Source of the DNA: an uncultured Roseburia sp.
GTDB taxonomy: Bacteria; Bacillota; Clostridia; Lachnospirales; Lachnospiraceae
Assembly: GCA_947567625.1 (NCBI GenBank)
Contig: CANONN010000007.1
Span: 4,803-68,802 of the forward strand
Reading direction: 5' to 3'
Length of the DNA stretch: 64,000 nucleotides
Under the pieces are notes generated by a model, which searched no databases, was not told the DNA's origin, and worked only from the letters and a program-made list of their open reading frames with translations. Made by a program: the position numbers and the translations under genes. This document shows positions 36,394 to 45,774 of the stretch, in pieces. Positions within the stretch are counted from its first letter, which is position 1, and each line of letters starts with the position of its first letter.

Positions 36394-37500
36394 ATGAAAA
36401 GAGTTATAATCTTCGGTTTTGGTGAGATGGGGAAAAAATTGACAGAGGAATGTCTCAGATATGACGCCGGGGTAGAGGTGCTTGCGATTGCCGACAATAA
36501 GGCGGAGGCTGCACCATATCATGGCATACCTGTCATCTTGCCGTCAGAAATAGGAAAATTCCTTTTTGATGAAATATGGGTTTGTACCGTTTATTTCAAA
36601 GAAATTATGCGGCAGCTTGTCGACGAATATGGTGTGGAACGGGAAAAAATACATTTTACGGAACCGGTTATGCCTGTTTTGGAAAAGAGACTGCGCAAAA
36701 AGTATGAGAAACAGCTCCGTAAAGGGGAAGCTGTTTCAGGAGAACTTGGTGAGGTACTGCAATATTTGAATCATAATCCGCTGCGCATGTATTGCTATGC
36801 GTTTTATGACGAATATCTGTACCGCGATACGCCTGTTTTTTATGACGAGAGGGCAGGCTTATATTTTGGGCTGTATGAGAATAAAAAAATGTATCTGGCC
36901 AAAAGATTTGATACGGAACAAAAGGCGAGGGCATATTTGAATGGGGTTCTGATGGAGCAGGATGAGCGCTCCCCCCATTGTTATTGGAATGACAGGAACA
37001 TGAAGCAGCTGAAAGGGGTAGGAGTGGACGTAGGGGCTGCCGAAGGCATATTTGCGTTGAAAATCATCAATCAGGCAGAACATATCTATCTTGCCGAGGT
37101 AGATTCCGAGTGGATAGAGGCATTGCACTATACGTTTGAGCCGTTTGAGCAAAAGGTGACGATTGTTCCGAAATTTATAGCGGATAAAGATGATGGACAA
37201 TCGGTAAGGCTGGATACACTGCTGAAGGAAGAGCGCGTTGATTTTTTGAAAATGGATATTGAAGGTGTAGAATATCAGGCGTTACAGGGGGCAGAAAATT
37301 TATTGGCGCATCATAATGTGCAATTGGCGCTGTGCGTGTACCACAATCAGGATGATAACCAAAAGATAGCACAGTGGCTGGGGGAACGCGGATACCGTAC
37401 CCGTAATTCACCGGGTTTTGTTGTCTGTCAGGGTGATTGGGAGCTTGAGGCGGATGCCGCTGACTTTAGGAGAGGTTTACTATTTGCCTGCAAAGAATAG
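36394..37500 (+). CDS. Rossmann-like module + FkbM-like methyltransferase
   Basis: 'KRVIIFGFGEMGKKL...LAIADNKAEAAPYHGIPV', then 'GVDVGAAEGIFALKI' and 'FLKMDIEGVEYQALQGA'. Confidence 0.7.
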   Translation: MKRVIIFGFGEMGKKLTEECLRYDAGVEVLAIADNKAEAAPYHGIPVILPSEIGKFLFDEIWVCTVYFKEIMRQLVDEYGVEREKIHFTEPVMPVLEKRLRKKYEKQLRKGEAVSGELGEVLQYLNHNPLRMYCYAFYDEYLYRDTPVFYDERAGLYFGLYENKKMYLAKRFDTEQKARAYLNGVLMEQDERSPHCYWNDRNMKQLKGVGVDVGAAEGIFALKIINQAEHIYLAEVDSEWIEALHYTFEPFEQKVTIVPKFIADKDDGQSVRLDTLLKEERVDFLKMDIEGVEYQALQGAENLLAHHNVQLALCVYHNQDDNQKIAQWLGERGYRTRNSPGFVVCQGDWELEADAADFRRGLLFACKE

Positions 37501-37537
37501 TGTGAAAAATCAGCTTGATAGCTGATTTTATCACACG
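37501..37537 (+). terminator. Rho-independent terminator
   Basis: GTGTGA-AAAATCAGCT-tgat-AGCTGATTTT-ATCACAC. The nested perfect palindrome ending in TTTT starts right after the stop codon. Confidence 0.75.
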
Positions 37538-37541
37538 GCTA

Positions 37542-37649
37542 TTTGTGCTGGAGCGTTACAAATAAGCCCTGATCCGACAAGAGAAACTGCATTCGCAGAT
37601 TTCTCTTGCGGTTCCTCGAACGTAAACGTTCTCGGAATGAGGGATTAGT
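37542..37649 (+). repeat. Family-2 structured leader element, copy E (upstream of the GT2 gene)
   Basis: Same 5' block 'ATTTGTGCTGGAGCGTTACAAATA' and 3' block 'CGTAAACGTTCTCGGAATGAGGGATTAG' as copy D. The long-range helix is kept through G-U pairs. The internal hairpin CAAGAGAAA[CTGC-attc-GCAG]aTTTCTCTTG replaces those of copy D. Confidence 0.7.
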
Positions 37650-37690
37650 GTGAAACACCATATAAAATGAATCGGGAGAAGAGGGCATAG

Positions 37691-38920
37691 ATGAAATATT
37701 TGGCAATCTGTATACCAAATTATAACCGGATTGATAAATTAAGGCGATTGTTGGAGGAAACGGTCACACAGATTCTAAGGGATTCCCTGGAAGATGAGGT
37801 CGAATTATGTGTCAGCGATGATCATTCGGCAGAGGACCCCTCTGATCTGATCAGGGAACTAAAAGAAGTATATCCGCAGATATTCTTTCGCTATGCAAGA
37901 AATGAAGAGAATCGGGGGATGGATTACAATTTCTTAAAGAGCGTCATATTGGCGGAAAGCGAATACTGCTGGATTATTGGCAATGATGATCTGCCAACGG
38001 AATATGGGATACAGAAAGTAGTAGCGCAATTGAAAAATTGCCATAGCAAACCCGATCTTTTGGTTACACCGTTTGATATTTATACGGATGAGGAAATGGT
38101 GCGCGGTACGATATGGCCGCTGGGCGATACGCGCGGCCAGGCATTGCAGTTTGACACGTCAGACCAGGAGGAATACAAAAAACTTCTTCTGTCCGTACAG
38201 CATAACAGTGGCTTATTCGGGTTTTTGTCGAATACGGTTTTCCGCAGAGAAAAGTGGTTGGAATATCAGGGCAGATTTCAGGACAAGTTAAATACTATTT
38301 TCATCCAAATGTATATGAATATCCAGACGTTAGGGGATGGCGCAGTATATTTCTATGCTCCTGAAAAAGTGATTAAAAATTATGCCGATGACGCAACCAA
38401 TGAGTCGGTAAAAAGAATCTGCAAAATTCTTTTTGGCTTAAACGGAGTGGTGGAATACTTTTTTTCCGGGACCGTGGGGGAGAGACTCAAAAAAGTAATA
38501 GTGGATGCTTATATCAGCGGGAGTGTGTGGGAGCTGCCGGAATGTGATCCTGATAAGGAAAGGGTTAGGAAAATAGAAACAGATAAAAATAAGCTGTATA
38601 AAAAATATTTTATCAGCCCGGATAATAGAAAACATTTTTTTGCAGGCAAAGAGATTGTCATATTTGGTGCAGGCGACTATGGCAGGAAAGTTTTTCGTGA
38701 GCTGCAAGATTATAATGTTACCGTGGCCGGAATTATGGACTCCGATCATGCAAAAAGGGGGCAGACGTTTTACGGCCATATCATCAATTTACCGGAACAG
38801 ATGCTTGGTACATGCCGGGAAAAGGGATGGACGATCGTAGTGGCAAATCATTTTCATCTGCCGGACATGGTGGATTTGCTTTTAAAAAATGAGGTGGAAT
38901 ATATTGCGTTGATTTGTTAA
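37691..38920 (+). CDS. GT2-family glycosyltransferase + C-terminal Rossmann-like module
   Basis: 'LAICIPNYNRIDKLRRLL...CVSDDHSAED' GT2 signature. C-terminal 'GKEIVIFGAGDYGRKVFREL...GIMDSDHAKRGQ'. Confidence 0.75.
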   Translation: MKYLAICIPNYNRIDKLRRLLEETVTQILRDSLEDEVELCVSDDHSAEDPSDLIRELKEVYPQIFFRYARNEENRGMDYNFLKSVILAESEYCWIIGNDDLPTEYGIQKVVAQLKNCHSKPDLLVTPFDIYTDEEMVRGTIWPLGDTRGQALQFDTSDQEEYKKLLLSVQHNSGLFGFLSNTVFRREKWLEYQGRFQDKLNTIFIQMYMNIQTLGDGAVYFYAPEKVIKNYADDATNESVKRICKILFGLNGVVEYFFSGTVGERLKKVIVDAYISGSVWELPECDPDKERVRKIETDKNKLYKKYFISPDNRKHFFAGKEIVIFGAGDYGRKVFRELQDYNVTVAGIMDSDHAKRGQTFYGHIINLPEQMLGTCREKGWTIVVANHFHLPDMVDLLLKNEVEYIALIC

Positions 38921-38990
38921 GCGCCGGGGAGGACGGCCGGTGACAAAGTTGCGGTGCACAGTAAGGCCGATGTGGTTGTAGTTTAACATT

Positions 38991-40118
38991 GTGGGAATGG
39001 AGAAATCAATGATATTTAAAAATAGTACCTATGAAAGTTTGAAAGAGAAGATAGGAAACAGAAAGATCATTCAATTCGGGGCATCCTCTGCGTGGCATTA
39101 TTACAGCAAGGTTTTCCCTGATATCGTGGAGACGGTTGTAGACCATACGGCATTTATTGTAGATAATGACGCGGCAAAGCAGGGAACGGAGCTTGTGATT
39201 GCCGATCGCAGGCTGTCGGTAGTGCCGGTAGAGCGTATCGCAGAGGCAAATGATTTTGTCATCTTGATTACGGTCAGCCTGGCTTACCAAAAAAGCATAT
39301 GCGAGCAGTTAATCGAAATGCGTCTGCCGGAACATACAGAGTGCTATTCCCTGCCGCTTATGACATTCCGCACACAAAATGCGGATAATACCTGTGTAGC
39401 GGAATACTTTAGCAGGCATACGGTTCCGGTGAATGTGCCAAAAATCCACAGCTTTTGGTTCAGCGGGGAGGAAAAGCCGGATTTATTTAAGCGCTGTTTG
39501 GAGAGTTGGCATAAGTATTGCCCTGAATTTGAGATTATAGAGTGGAGTACAAAAAACTATGACGTGACAAAGAATCCGTATATGCGAGAAGCGTTTGAGC
39601 ATAAAAAGTGGGCATTTGTATCAGATTATGTGAGATTGGATGTTTTGTATCAATATGGCGGCATTTACATGGACATGGATGTCGAGTTAGTGGCGTCTCT
39701 TGCGCCATTGCTGAACGCGGACAGTTTTTTCTGTCGGCAGGAGGACGGCCTTCTCGAACTGGGTTCCGGCTTTGGTGTGCGCGCAAAAGACCCGCTGATC
39801 GGGGAAATGCTGGCTACTTATAAAAACCGCAGGTTGATTATGGAGAACGGTGCAACGGATATGACGCCGCAGCCGGAATGGCTGAGCAGTATTTTAACAA
39901 AATACGGCTTTAGGAAATGCCATGATTCGCAGATTATCAATGACAGGCTGATATTATCAAACGATTATATTACTTGTTCGACGGACGGCAATCCAAAGGA
40001 GACGGCAAAATTAGGAGTACACTGGCATAACGGGAGCTGGCTCGGGGAAAAGGACAGAAAATTGATTAAGGATTCTCTTTCCGTCAGAGAGAAATTGCTG
40101 GAGGATTACTTTAAGTAA
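38991..40118 (+). CDS. Rossmann-like module + GT32-type (DXD, Gly_transf_sug) glycosyltransferase
   Basis: 'RKIIQFGASSAW...FIVDNDAAKQG', then 'PKIHSFWFSGEEKP' and 'SDYVRLDVLYQYGGIYMDMDVE'. The start could be GTG 38991, ATG 38997 or ATG 39009. Confidence 0.75.
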   Translation: MGMEKSMIFKNSTYESLKEKIGNRKIIQFGASSAWHYYSKVFPDIVETVVDHTAFIVDNDAAKQGTELVIADRRLSVVPVERIAEANDFVILITVSLAYQKSICEQLIEMRLPEHTECYSLPLMTFRTQNADNTCVAEYFSRHTVPVNVPKIHSFWFSGEEKPDLFKRCLESWHKYCPEFEIIEWSTKNYDVTKNPYMREAFEHKKWAFVSDYVRLDVLYQYGGIYMDMDVELVASLAPLLNADSFFCRQEDGLLELGSGFGVRAKDPLIGEMLATYKNRRLIMENGATDMTPQPEWLSSILTKYGFRKCHDSQIINDRLILSNDYITCSTDGNPKETAKLGVHWHNGSWLGEKDRKLIKDSLSVREKLLEDYFK

Positions 40119-40123
40119 GGGGC

Positions 40124-41542
40124 ATGGAGGGACACGCGGTGAAATTTCTCCTTTTTGGTACAGGCGATTATTATGAGCGCTATAAGAAATGGTTTCATAA
40201 AAATGACATTGTGGCGCTTATCGACAATTCATTACAAAAACAACATACCACACTGGATGGTATTGACATATTGCCGCCGGAGGAGGGAATAGCCCTGCCG
40301 TTCGATGTGGTCGTCATTCTCAGTTTTTATGTGAAAGAGATGCGGTTACAGTTGATAAAACTGAGCGTTGCGGAAGATGTGATTTATCACTTTTATGATT
40401 TACACCGTTTCTTTGATCGGGAAGAGTTAAAACAGCCGCTGCAATGTTTTGGAGGGGCCAAGGAGCTGATCGGTCCAGGAAATCAATCGGAAAAACAGAT
40501 ACTTCTGCTCTCACAGGACTTGACGTTGGGGGGCCCGGCGATCGCTCTGTTCCATGCAGCGGAAATTTTGATGAGACACGGTTTTAAGGTAGTGTATGCC
40601 TCCATGTTGGACGGGCCGTTGAGAGAAAGGCTGCTTTCGGCAAAGATACCCGTAGTTGTCGATGCCAATTTGCAGTTGGCGACAATGCAGGAGGCCGAAT
40701 GGACCAATTGTTTTTCGTTGCTTATCTGTAATACGATTAATTTTCATGTGTTTTTGCAAAGAAGAAATAACCGGATACCGGTTGTTTGGTGGCTGCACGA
40801 TTGTGAGTTTTTTTATGACGGTATTGACAAGGAATCCTTAAAAAGGATAGACAGGAAAAACTTAAAAATAGTTTCGGTAGGGCCTGTTCCGCAAAAGGCG
40901 TTTCAAAAATTTGTGCCGGATGTGCCTGTGGATAGATTATTGTATGGCGTGGCGGACATTGACAAAAGCGCTGCATATGAGCAGTGGGAACAGAATAAGC
41001 TGCATTTTGTCACGATCGGTTTTCTGGAAGATATCAAAGGACAAGATCTGCTTGTGCAGGCGCTGCGCCGATTGCCGCAAAATATGAGATGTAAGGCAGA
41101 GTTTTGGCTGATAGGGCATGATAAAACGCTATTTGCGCAGAAGGTGAAAGAGATGAGCGGATGGATGCCGGAAGTCAAGTTTGCGGGCAGTGTAAACCGT
41201 GAGACGATACACCGGATGTTACATAGTGCAGATGTATTGGTGTGTCCGTCGAGACAAGACTCGATGCCGACAGTGGCAGCCGAAGCGATGATGCATTCCG
41301 TTCCATGCATCATGTCTGATGCGGCCGGGACGGCGGCATATATTCGGGACGGCGTGAATGGATTTGTTTTTCAAAGTGAAAATGTGGAAGAATTATCGGT
41401 CAAAATAAATTGGTGTTTGAAACATCATGACGGATTATATGAGATCGGTATTCAGGCAAGGAAAATTTATGAGCAATATTTTTCTATGAACGTGTTTGAA
41501 AAGAATTTGCTCCATATTGTAAACGGGATGTTCACCGGATGA
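40124..41542 (+). CDS. Rossmann-like module + GT4 glycosyltransferase
   Basis: 'VKFLLFGTGDYYERY...ALIDNSLQKQH', then 'ILLLSQDLTLGGPAIAL' and 'VLVCPSRQDSMPTVAAEAMMHSVPCIMSDAAG...DGVNGFVF'. Confidence 0.8.
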   Translation: MEGHAVKFLLFGTGDYYERYKKWFHKNDIVALIDNSLQKQHTTLDGIDILPPEEGIALPFDVVVILSFYVKEMRLQLIKLSVAEDVIYHFYDLHRFFDREELKQPLQCFGGAKELIGPGNQSEKQILLLSQDLTLGGPAIALFHAAEILMRHGFKVVYASMLDGPLRERLLSAKIPVVVDANLQLATMQEAEWTNCFSLLICNTINFHVFLQRRNNRIPVVWWLHDCEFFYDGIDKESLKRIDRKNLKIVSVGPVPQKAFQKFVPDVPVDRLLYGVADIDKSAAYEQWEQNKLHFVTIGFLEDIKGQDLLVQALRRLPQNMRCKAEFWLIGHDKTLFAQKVKEMSGWMPEVKFAGSVNRETIHRMLHSADVLVCPSRQDSMPTVAAEAMMHSVPCIMSDAAGTAAYIRDGVNGFVFQSENVEELSVKINWCLKHHDGLYEIGIQARKIYEQYFSMNVFEKNLLHIVNGMFTG

Positions 41543-41586
41543 GATAGAGAAGCGGAAACGCCGCAACCAGGGAAAGAGAGTGTAAC

Positions 41587-43638
41587 GTGTCAGAATTATC
41601 GCAGATACTTCGGAAATTCAAAAACAGTAAAATTGCCATTTATGGGCTTGGCACAGAGACGGAAAAGGTGTTGGCCGAAATGGGGCAGGCGTTTCAAATA
41701 ATCGGTTTGCTGGATGGTTATCGCGAAGACGGCATGCTGTATGGGAAGAAGATTATTTCAATGGCAGAGGCAGTCACAGATCAGGTGGAACTGATTCTTG
41801 TGGTGGCAAGGCCGGGTTCCTGTAAAGCGATTACAAAACGAATTGGACAGACCTGTATCCAGCATGGTATTGTTTTGATGGATGTGCGAGGAAAAAATCT
41901 CTGCGATGCGAAAAGAATTTCTTATGATTTCGGAGGAGTTAGTGGAATCACAGAGGATGCACTAAAGCAGCGGGCTGCCGGGAAAGACGTGGTGAGTGTA
42001 GATCTGTTTGACACGCTTGTCATGCGACAGACGCTGTTTCCGGAAGATGTACTGGACATGCTTGACTTTAGGTTGAGAGAAAAGGGCATCAGGATTGAGG
42101 ATTTCTGTGCGAGACGTTTAGAGAGTGAAAAATGTTTGTCCAAGGTTACGGCGCCATCACTTGTGGATATTTACAGCCATATGTTAAAGCAGTACCCTAC
42201 CGTAGATATTGCACCGGAAACATTGGCCGAGATGGAATGGCAGATTGACTATGGGCTACTTGTCCCAAGAGAGAGGATGTGTGAACTCATATCCGGGATT
42301 TATGACATGGGAAAGGCAGTCTATATCGTCTCTGATACATATTACAGTAAGGCACAGCTTAAGGCAGTGCTGGAGAAAATCCAATTCAGCGCTTATGAAG
42401 ATATCTTTGCATCCTGCGAATATGGTACAGGCAAGCGGCAGCAGCTGTTTCAGAAATTACAGGAGAGAACAGGGGAAAAACCGTGTCTGCATATCGGGGA
42501 TGATACGGTTGCGGACGGGGAGTGCGCAGAAGAACATGGGATTGAGGCGTGCCACATATGCAGCGGTATTGAATTGCTGGAGATGCTTGGATACCTGGGG
42601 TTGTGGGATAGGATAGAACGATTGTCTGACAGGATTAAAGCAGGGATGTTTGTGGCAAATCTTTTTAACAGCCCGTTTCAGTTTGAACCGGGAGCACAGG
42701 AAATCCGCGTCAGGAAAGCATTTGATATCGGGTATTTATTTTTTGCACCGGTTATCACGGATTTTGTCTTTTGGTTCCGGAAGCAGGTAAAACGATACCG
42801 TCTGGAAAACATCTGTTTTTGTGCGCGGGACGGATACCTGATTAAAAAATTGTATGATGCGCTGGCCGGGGATGAGACGTCTCTTTATTTTCTGACTTCG
42901 CGAACGGCTGCGATTCGCGCGGGGATAGAAAACGAAGCGGATATCCGCTACGTCGAAGAAATGAAATTCAGCGGTACATTAAAAGAGCAGCTAAAGGAGC
43001 GATTTGGAATTTTGGCAGAACCCGATGAGGAGAGGGGGCTGCTTGATTATGCGGAAAAGATCTTAGACAAGGCTGCCATGGACCGTAAAGGTTATCAGGC
43101 ATATATTGGGCGGCTGGGGATGAAAAAAGGAGACACAGCTTTTTTTGATTTTGTCGCCAAGGGAACTTGTCAGATGTTTATGGGGCGTCTGTTGGACAAT
43201 CATTTGAAAGGACTCTATTTTTTACAGCTGGAAGAGGAGCATATGAGGGGAAACGGGCTTGATATCGTGCCGTTTTATAAAGCCGAAGAGATGGAAAACA
43301 GCGCTATTTTTGAGAATTATTATATCCTGGAAACCGTCCTGACGGCGCCGTGGCCTTCTGTAAAAGGATTTGGTGAAGATGGAGAACCCCAATATGCCAG
43401 GGAAACGCGGGGAGCGGAAGCTCTTGCGTGCATTCAGGCAGTACAAGATGGGATTGCCGCTTATTTCCGTACATATTTGAAGTTGTGCCCGAAGGAGGCA
43501 CGGTCAGAGAATAAGCTGTTGGATGAGGTTTTCTTATCTATGTTACATGGCGTTTCTGTTTTGGAGGAAGCTTTTTTGAAATTAAAGACGGAGGACCCGT
43601 TTTTCAACAGAATGACGGATATGACAAATCTGCTGTAA
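41587..43638 (+). CDS. Rossmann-like module + HAD-superfamily hydrolase (COG5610-like) + large uncharacterised C-terminal region
   Basis: 'SKIAIYGLGTETEKV...GLLDGYREDG', then HAD motif I 'VVSVDLFDTLVMRQ' and motif IV-like 'LHIGDDTVADGE'. GTG start. Confidence 0.65.
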   Translation: MSELSQILRKFKNSKIAIYGLGTETEKVLAEMGQAFQIIGLLDGYREDGMLYGKKIISMAEAVTDQVELILVVARPGSCKAITKRIGQTCIQHGIVLMDVRGKNLCDAKRISYDFGGVSGITEDALKQRAAGKDVVSVDLFDTLVMRQTLFPEDVLDMLDFRLREKGIRIEDFCARRLESEKCLSKVTAPSLVDIYSHMLKQYPTVDIAPETLAEMEWQIDYGLLVPRERMCELISGIYDMGKAVYIVSDTYYSKAQLKAVLEKIQFSAYEDIFASCEYGTGKRQQLFQKLQERTGEKPCLHIGDDTVADGECAEEHGIEACHICSGIELLEMLGYLGLWDRIERLSDRIKAGMFVANLFNSPFQFEPGAQEIRVRKAFDIGYLFFAPVITDFVFWFRKQVKRYRLENICFCARDGYLIKKLYDALAGDETSLYFLTSRTAAIRAGIENEADIRYVEEMKFSGTLKEQLKERFGILAEPDEERGLLDYAEKILDKAAMDRKGYQAYIGRLGMKKGDTAFFDFVAKGTCQMFMGRLLDNHLKGLYFLQLEEEHMRGNGLDIVPFYKAEEMENSAIFENYYILETVLTAPWPSVKGFGEDGEPQYARETRGAEALACIQAVQDGIAAYFRTYLKLCPKEARSENKLLDEVFLSMLHGVSVLEEAFLKLKTEDPFFNRMTDMTNLL

Positions 43639-43666
43639 AAAATACAAGAGAACAGGAAGAGGGCTA

Positions 43667-44335
43667 ATGGTGATGGAGTTTGAATTGACAGCATCTATGA
43701 TGTGCGCCAATTATGGCAATCTGGAAAAAGAGGTAAAGGCACTGGAAGCGGGCGGGATTGACTCGTTCCATATCGATATTATGGACGGCCGCTATGTGCC
43801 CAATTTTGCCATGTCCCTTAACGATATGGCATATATCGCGTCGGCGGCGACAAAGCCGCTTGACGTACATTTAATGATTGAGCACCCGAACAATAACATA
43901 CATATTTTTCTGGAAAAGCTGCGCGAGGGCGATACGGTCTATATTCACCCGGAGGCAGAGTATCATCCTTCGACGACGCTGCAAAAGATCATCAATGCCG
44001 GCATGACGCCGGGCATCGCGATCAATCCGGGGACGAGTATCGAGACGGTCATGGAGATGCTTCGGATTGTAAAAAAGGTGCTTGTGATGTCGGTCAACCC
44101 GGGCAATGCCGGGCAGATGTACCTGCCCTATGTAGGGAAAAAATATACCAAGCTGTTGGCGCTAAAAGATGAGATGCATTTTGAGATCTACTGGGACGGG
44201 GCCTGTGGCGCAGATAAGATCATAGAGTACGCGCCCAAAGGCGTCAGGGGCTTTGTGCTCGGCACGACACTGTTGTTCGGAAAAGACGCGTCGTATGGGG
44301 AGACAATCAAGAATATAAGGGATTTGAAGTTTTAG
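43667..44335 (+). CDS. Ribulose-phosphate 3-epimerase family protein (AlsE / allulose-6-phosphate 3-epimerase-like)
   Basis: 'SMMCANYGNLEKEVKALEAGGIDSFHIDIMDGRYVPNF', 'DVHLMI', 'VMSVNPG' and 'DG' TIM-barrel motifs. Confidence 0.8.
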   Translation: MVMEFELTASMMCANYGNLEKEVKALEAGGIDSFHIDIMDGRYVPNFAMSLNDMAYIASAATKPLDVHLMIEHPNNNIHIFLEKLREGDTVYIHPEAEYHPSTTLQKIINAGMTPGIAINPGTSIETVMEMLRIVKKVLVMSVNPGNAGQMYLPYVGKKYTKLLALKDEMHFEIYWDGACGADKIIEYAPKGVRGFVLGTTLLFGKDASYGETIKNIRDLKF

Positions 44336-44368
44336 GAAGAACTGTCATCAAGACAAAACGAGGATGCT

Positions 44369-44404
44369 ATGGGCGATTATTACAAAATCGCCCATTTAAT
44401 TTTG
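44369..44404 (+). terminator. Rho-independent terminator at the end of the glycan island
   Basis: ATGGGCGAT-n9-ATCGCCCAT followed by TTAATTTTG. Confidence 0.6.
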
Positions 44405-44676
44405 TGAATATTTGCCAAAATTTGTGATAGGTATTTATTTTTCTGTCATAACAGAAGATTTTTTGCTAGTATAGAAATGCAGACAAGAGATGATAATTCG
44501 TTTGTTTATCATATAACGTTTCTAATAACGTTACGAATTTGCCTCATGAAAGATGAATCTAAGAAAGCTGTGAAAAGCAGTTTTCGTCAAACAGCGCAGG
44601 CATTCATTTTATTTCGCGCACGATTTCAATCATAAACTAAGAAGAAAGCAAAATAATGTTGCAGTAACAAAAGAAA

Positions 44677-45552
44677 GTGAGGTATACTATTTTTAAAGAA
44701 CAAGAGAAAAAAATATATACAGATGGGAAATTTATATTTCCAGTCTATGATTTTGGGGCGAAAGCAGTGTTTCGCATAGAAACTGTGCGCAAATACTTTA
44801 TCAGCGATGTACTGGGTGTTCCGGCAGAACAGATACGGTCAGTCCGGTTGCTCAGCCCGTATCTAAGACGCAGGAGAGAGCGGGAGAAACAGGGCATCCT
44901 TGATGTGTTGATGGAGATGAATGACAATGGCAAGATCAATATGGAGATACAGACGAAGCCCTATAAATATTGGGATAAAAGAAATCTTTTTTATCTGTCC
45001 AAAATATATACGGATGACCTGGATGTAGGGCAGCATTATGAAAAATTAAAGAGAACCGTCTGTATCAGCCTGTTAGGTTTTAATTTGACAGAAAGGGAGG
45101 AGTATCATAGCAGATATCTTTTACGGGATGATCAGGGCAACATTTTTTCTGATATCTTGGAATTACATATCATTGAGCTAAAGAAGAAGTTAAACGGGAA
45201 AGAGCCGGTCGATGACTGGATCAGATTTTTCAATGCCAAAAGTGAGGAGGAGATCGATATGATAGAGACAAAAAACCCGGGAATACAAGAAGCCATCAGG
45301 GAATTAAAAAGAATCAGCCTTCCGCGTCTGGTGCGATCTTATTATGAGGACGCATTGAAAATGCGCCGTGACAGGTGGGCGAGGGAAGAGTATGTCAGAG
45401 ACGAAGGCATCAGTATCGGAAAGGAACAGGGTATCAGTTTGGCGAAAGTGGAGGCCGTAGAACAGGTTATGGCGGAGTTTCATGTACCGTTAGAGAAAGC
45501 CTGTGAGGTGGTTCAAATCTCCATAGAGAAATACCGTGAGGCAAAAAAATAG
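44677..45552 (+). mobile_element. Rpn-family / PD-(D/E)xK nuclease 'putative transposase' (PDDEXK_2)
   Basis: 'FPVYDFGAKAVF', 'ILDVLMEMNDNGKINMEIQTKPYKYWDKRNLFYLSKIY' (D...E.Q catalytic core) and 'ELHIIEL'. It is preceded by 340 nt of AT-rich non-coding DNA. Confidence 0.75.
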
Positions 45553-45641
45553 TTTTTTTTTGGATGTGGGACAAACCACAAGATAAAGGGAAACGTTTAG
45601 AAAATGATAAGAGAAAAGGCTGTCGCTCAACGATTGGAAAA

Positions 45642-45678
45642 TTGATATGCCCCTATCCGCTTGACAGGGGGCATATCA
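45642..45678 (-). terminator. Terminator for htpG
   Basis: TTGATATGCCCC-n13-GGGGCATATCAA, a 12-bp perfect stem. On the minus strand it is followed by AATTTTCC. It lies 97 nt past the htpG stop. Confidence 0.6.
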
Positions 45679-45774
45679 AATCGCGAGCGGCAGCCTCTTT
45701 TTATTTTATAGGAAACAGCGTCGTCAGACGCATTCATTCCCAAGTTTTGCACGGATGAAACATAAAATATGCGT

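Noticed and set aside
36211-36522. Minus-strand ORFs (36211-36522 and 62720-62911) and the 1101 GTG start that run through family-1 elements
   Set aside because: They exist only because the repeat lacks stops in that frame. The three copies differ by compensatory rather than synonymous changes, they overlap better-supported genes, and they have no ribosome-binding sites.
44336-44676. AT-rich 340-nt gap before the Rpn-like gene inspected for att sites, tRNA or small ORFs
   Set aside because: Only short local hairpins and AACGTT palindromes were seen. There is no tRNA-like cloverleaf, and no direct repeat matching the left island border could be identified by eye.
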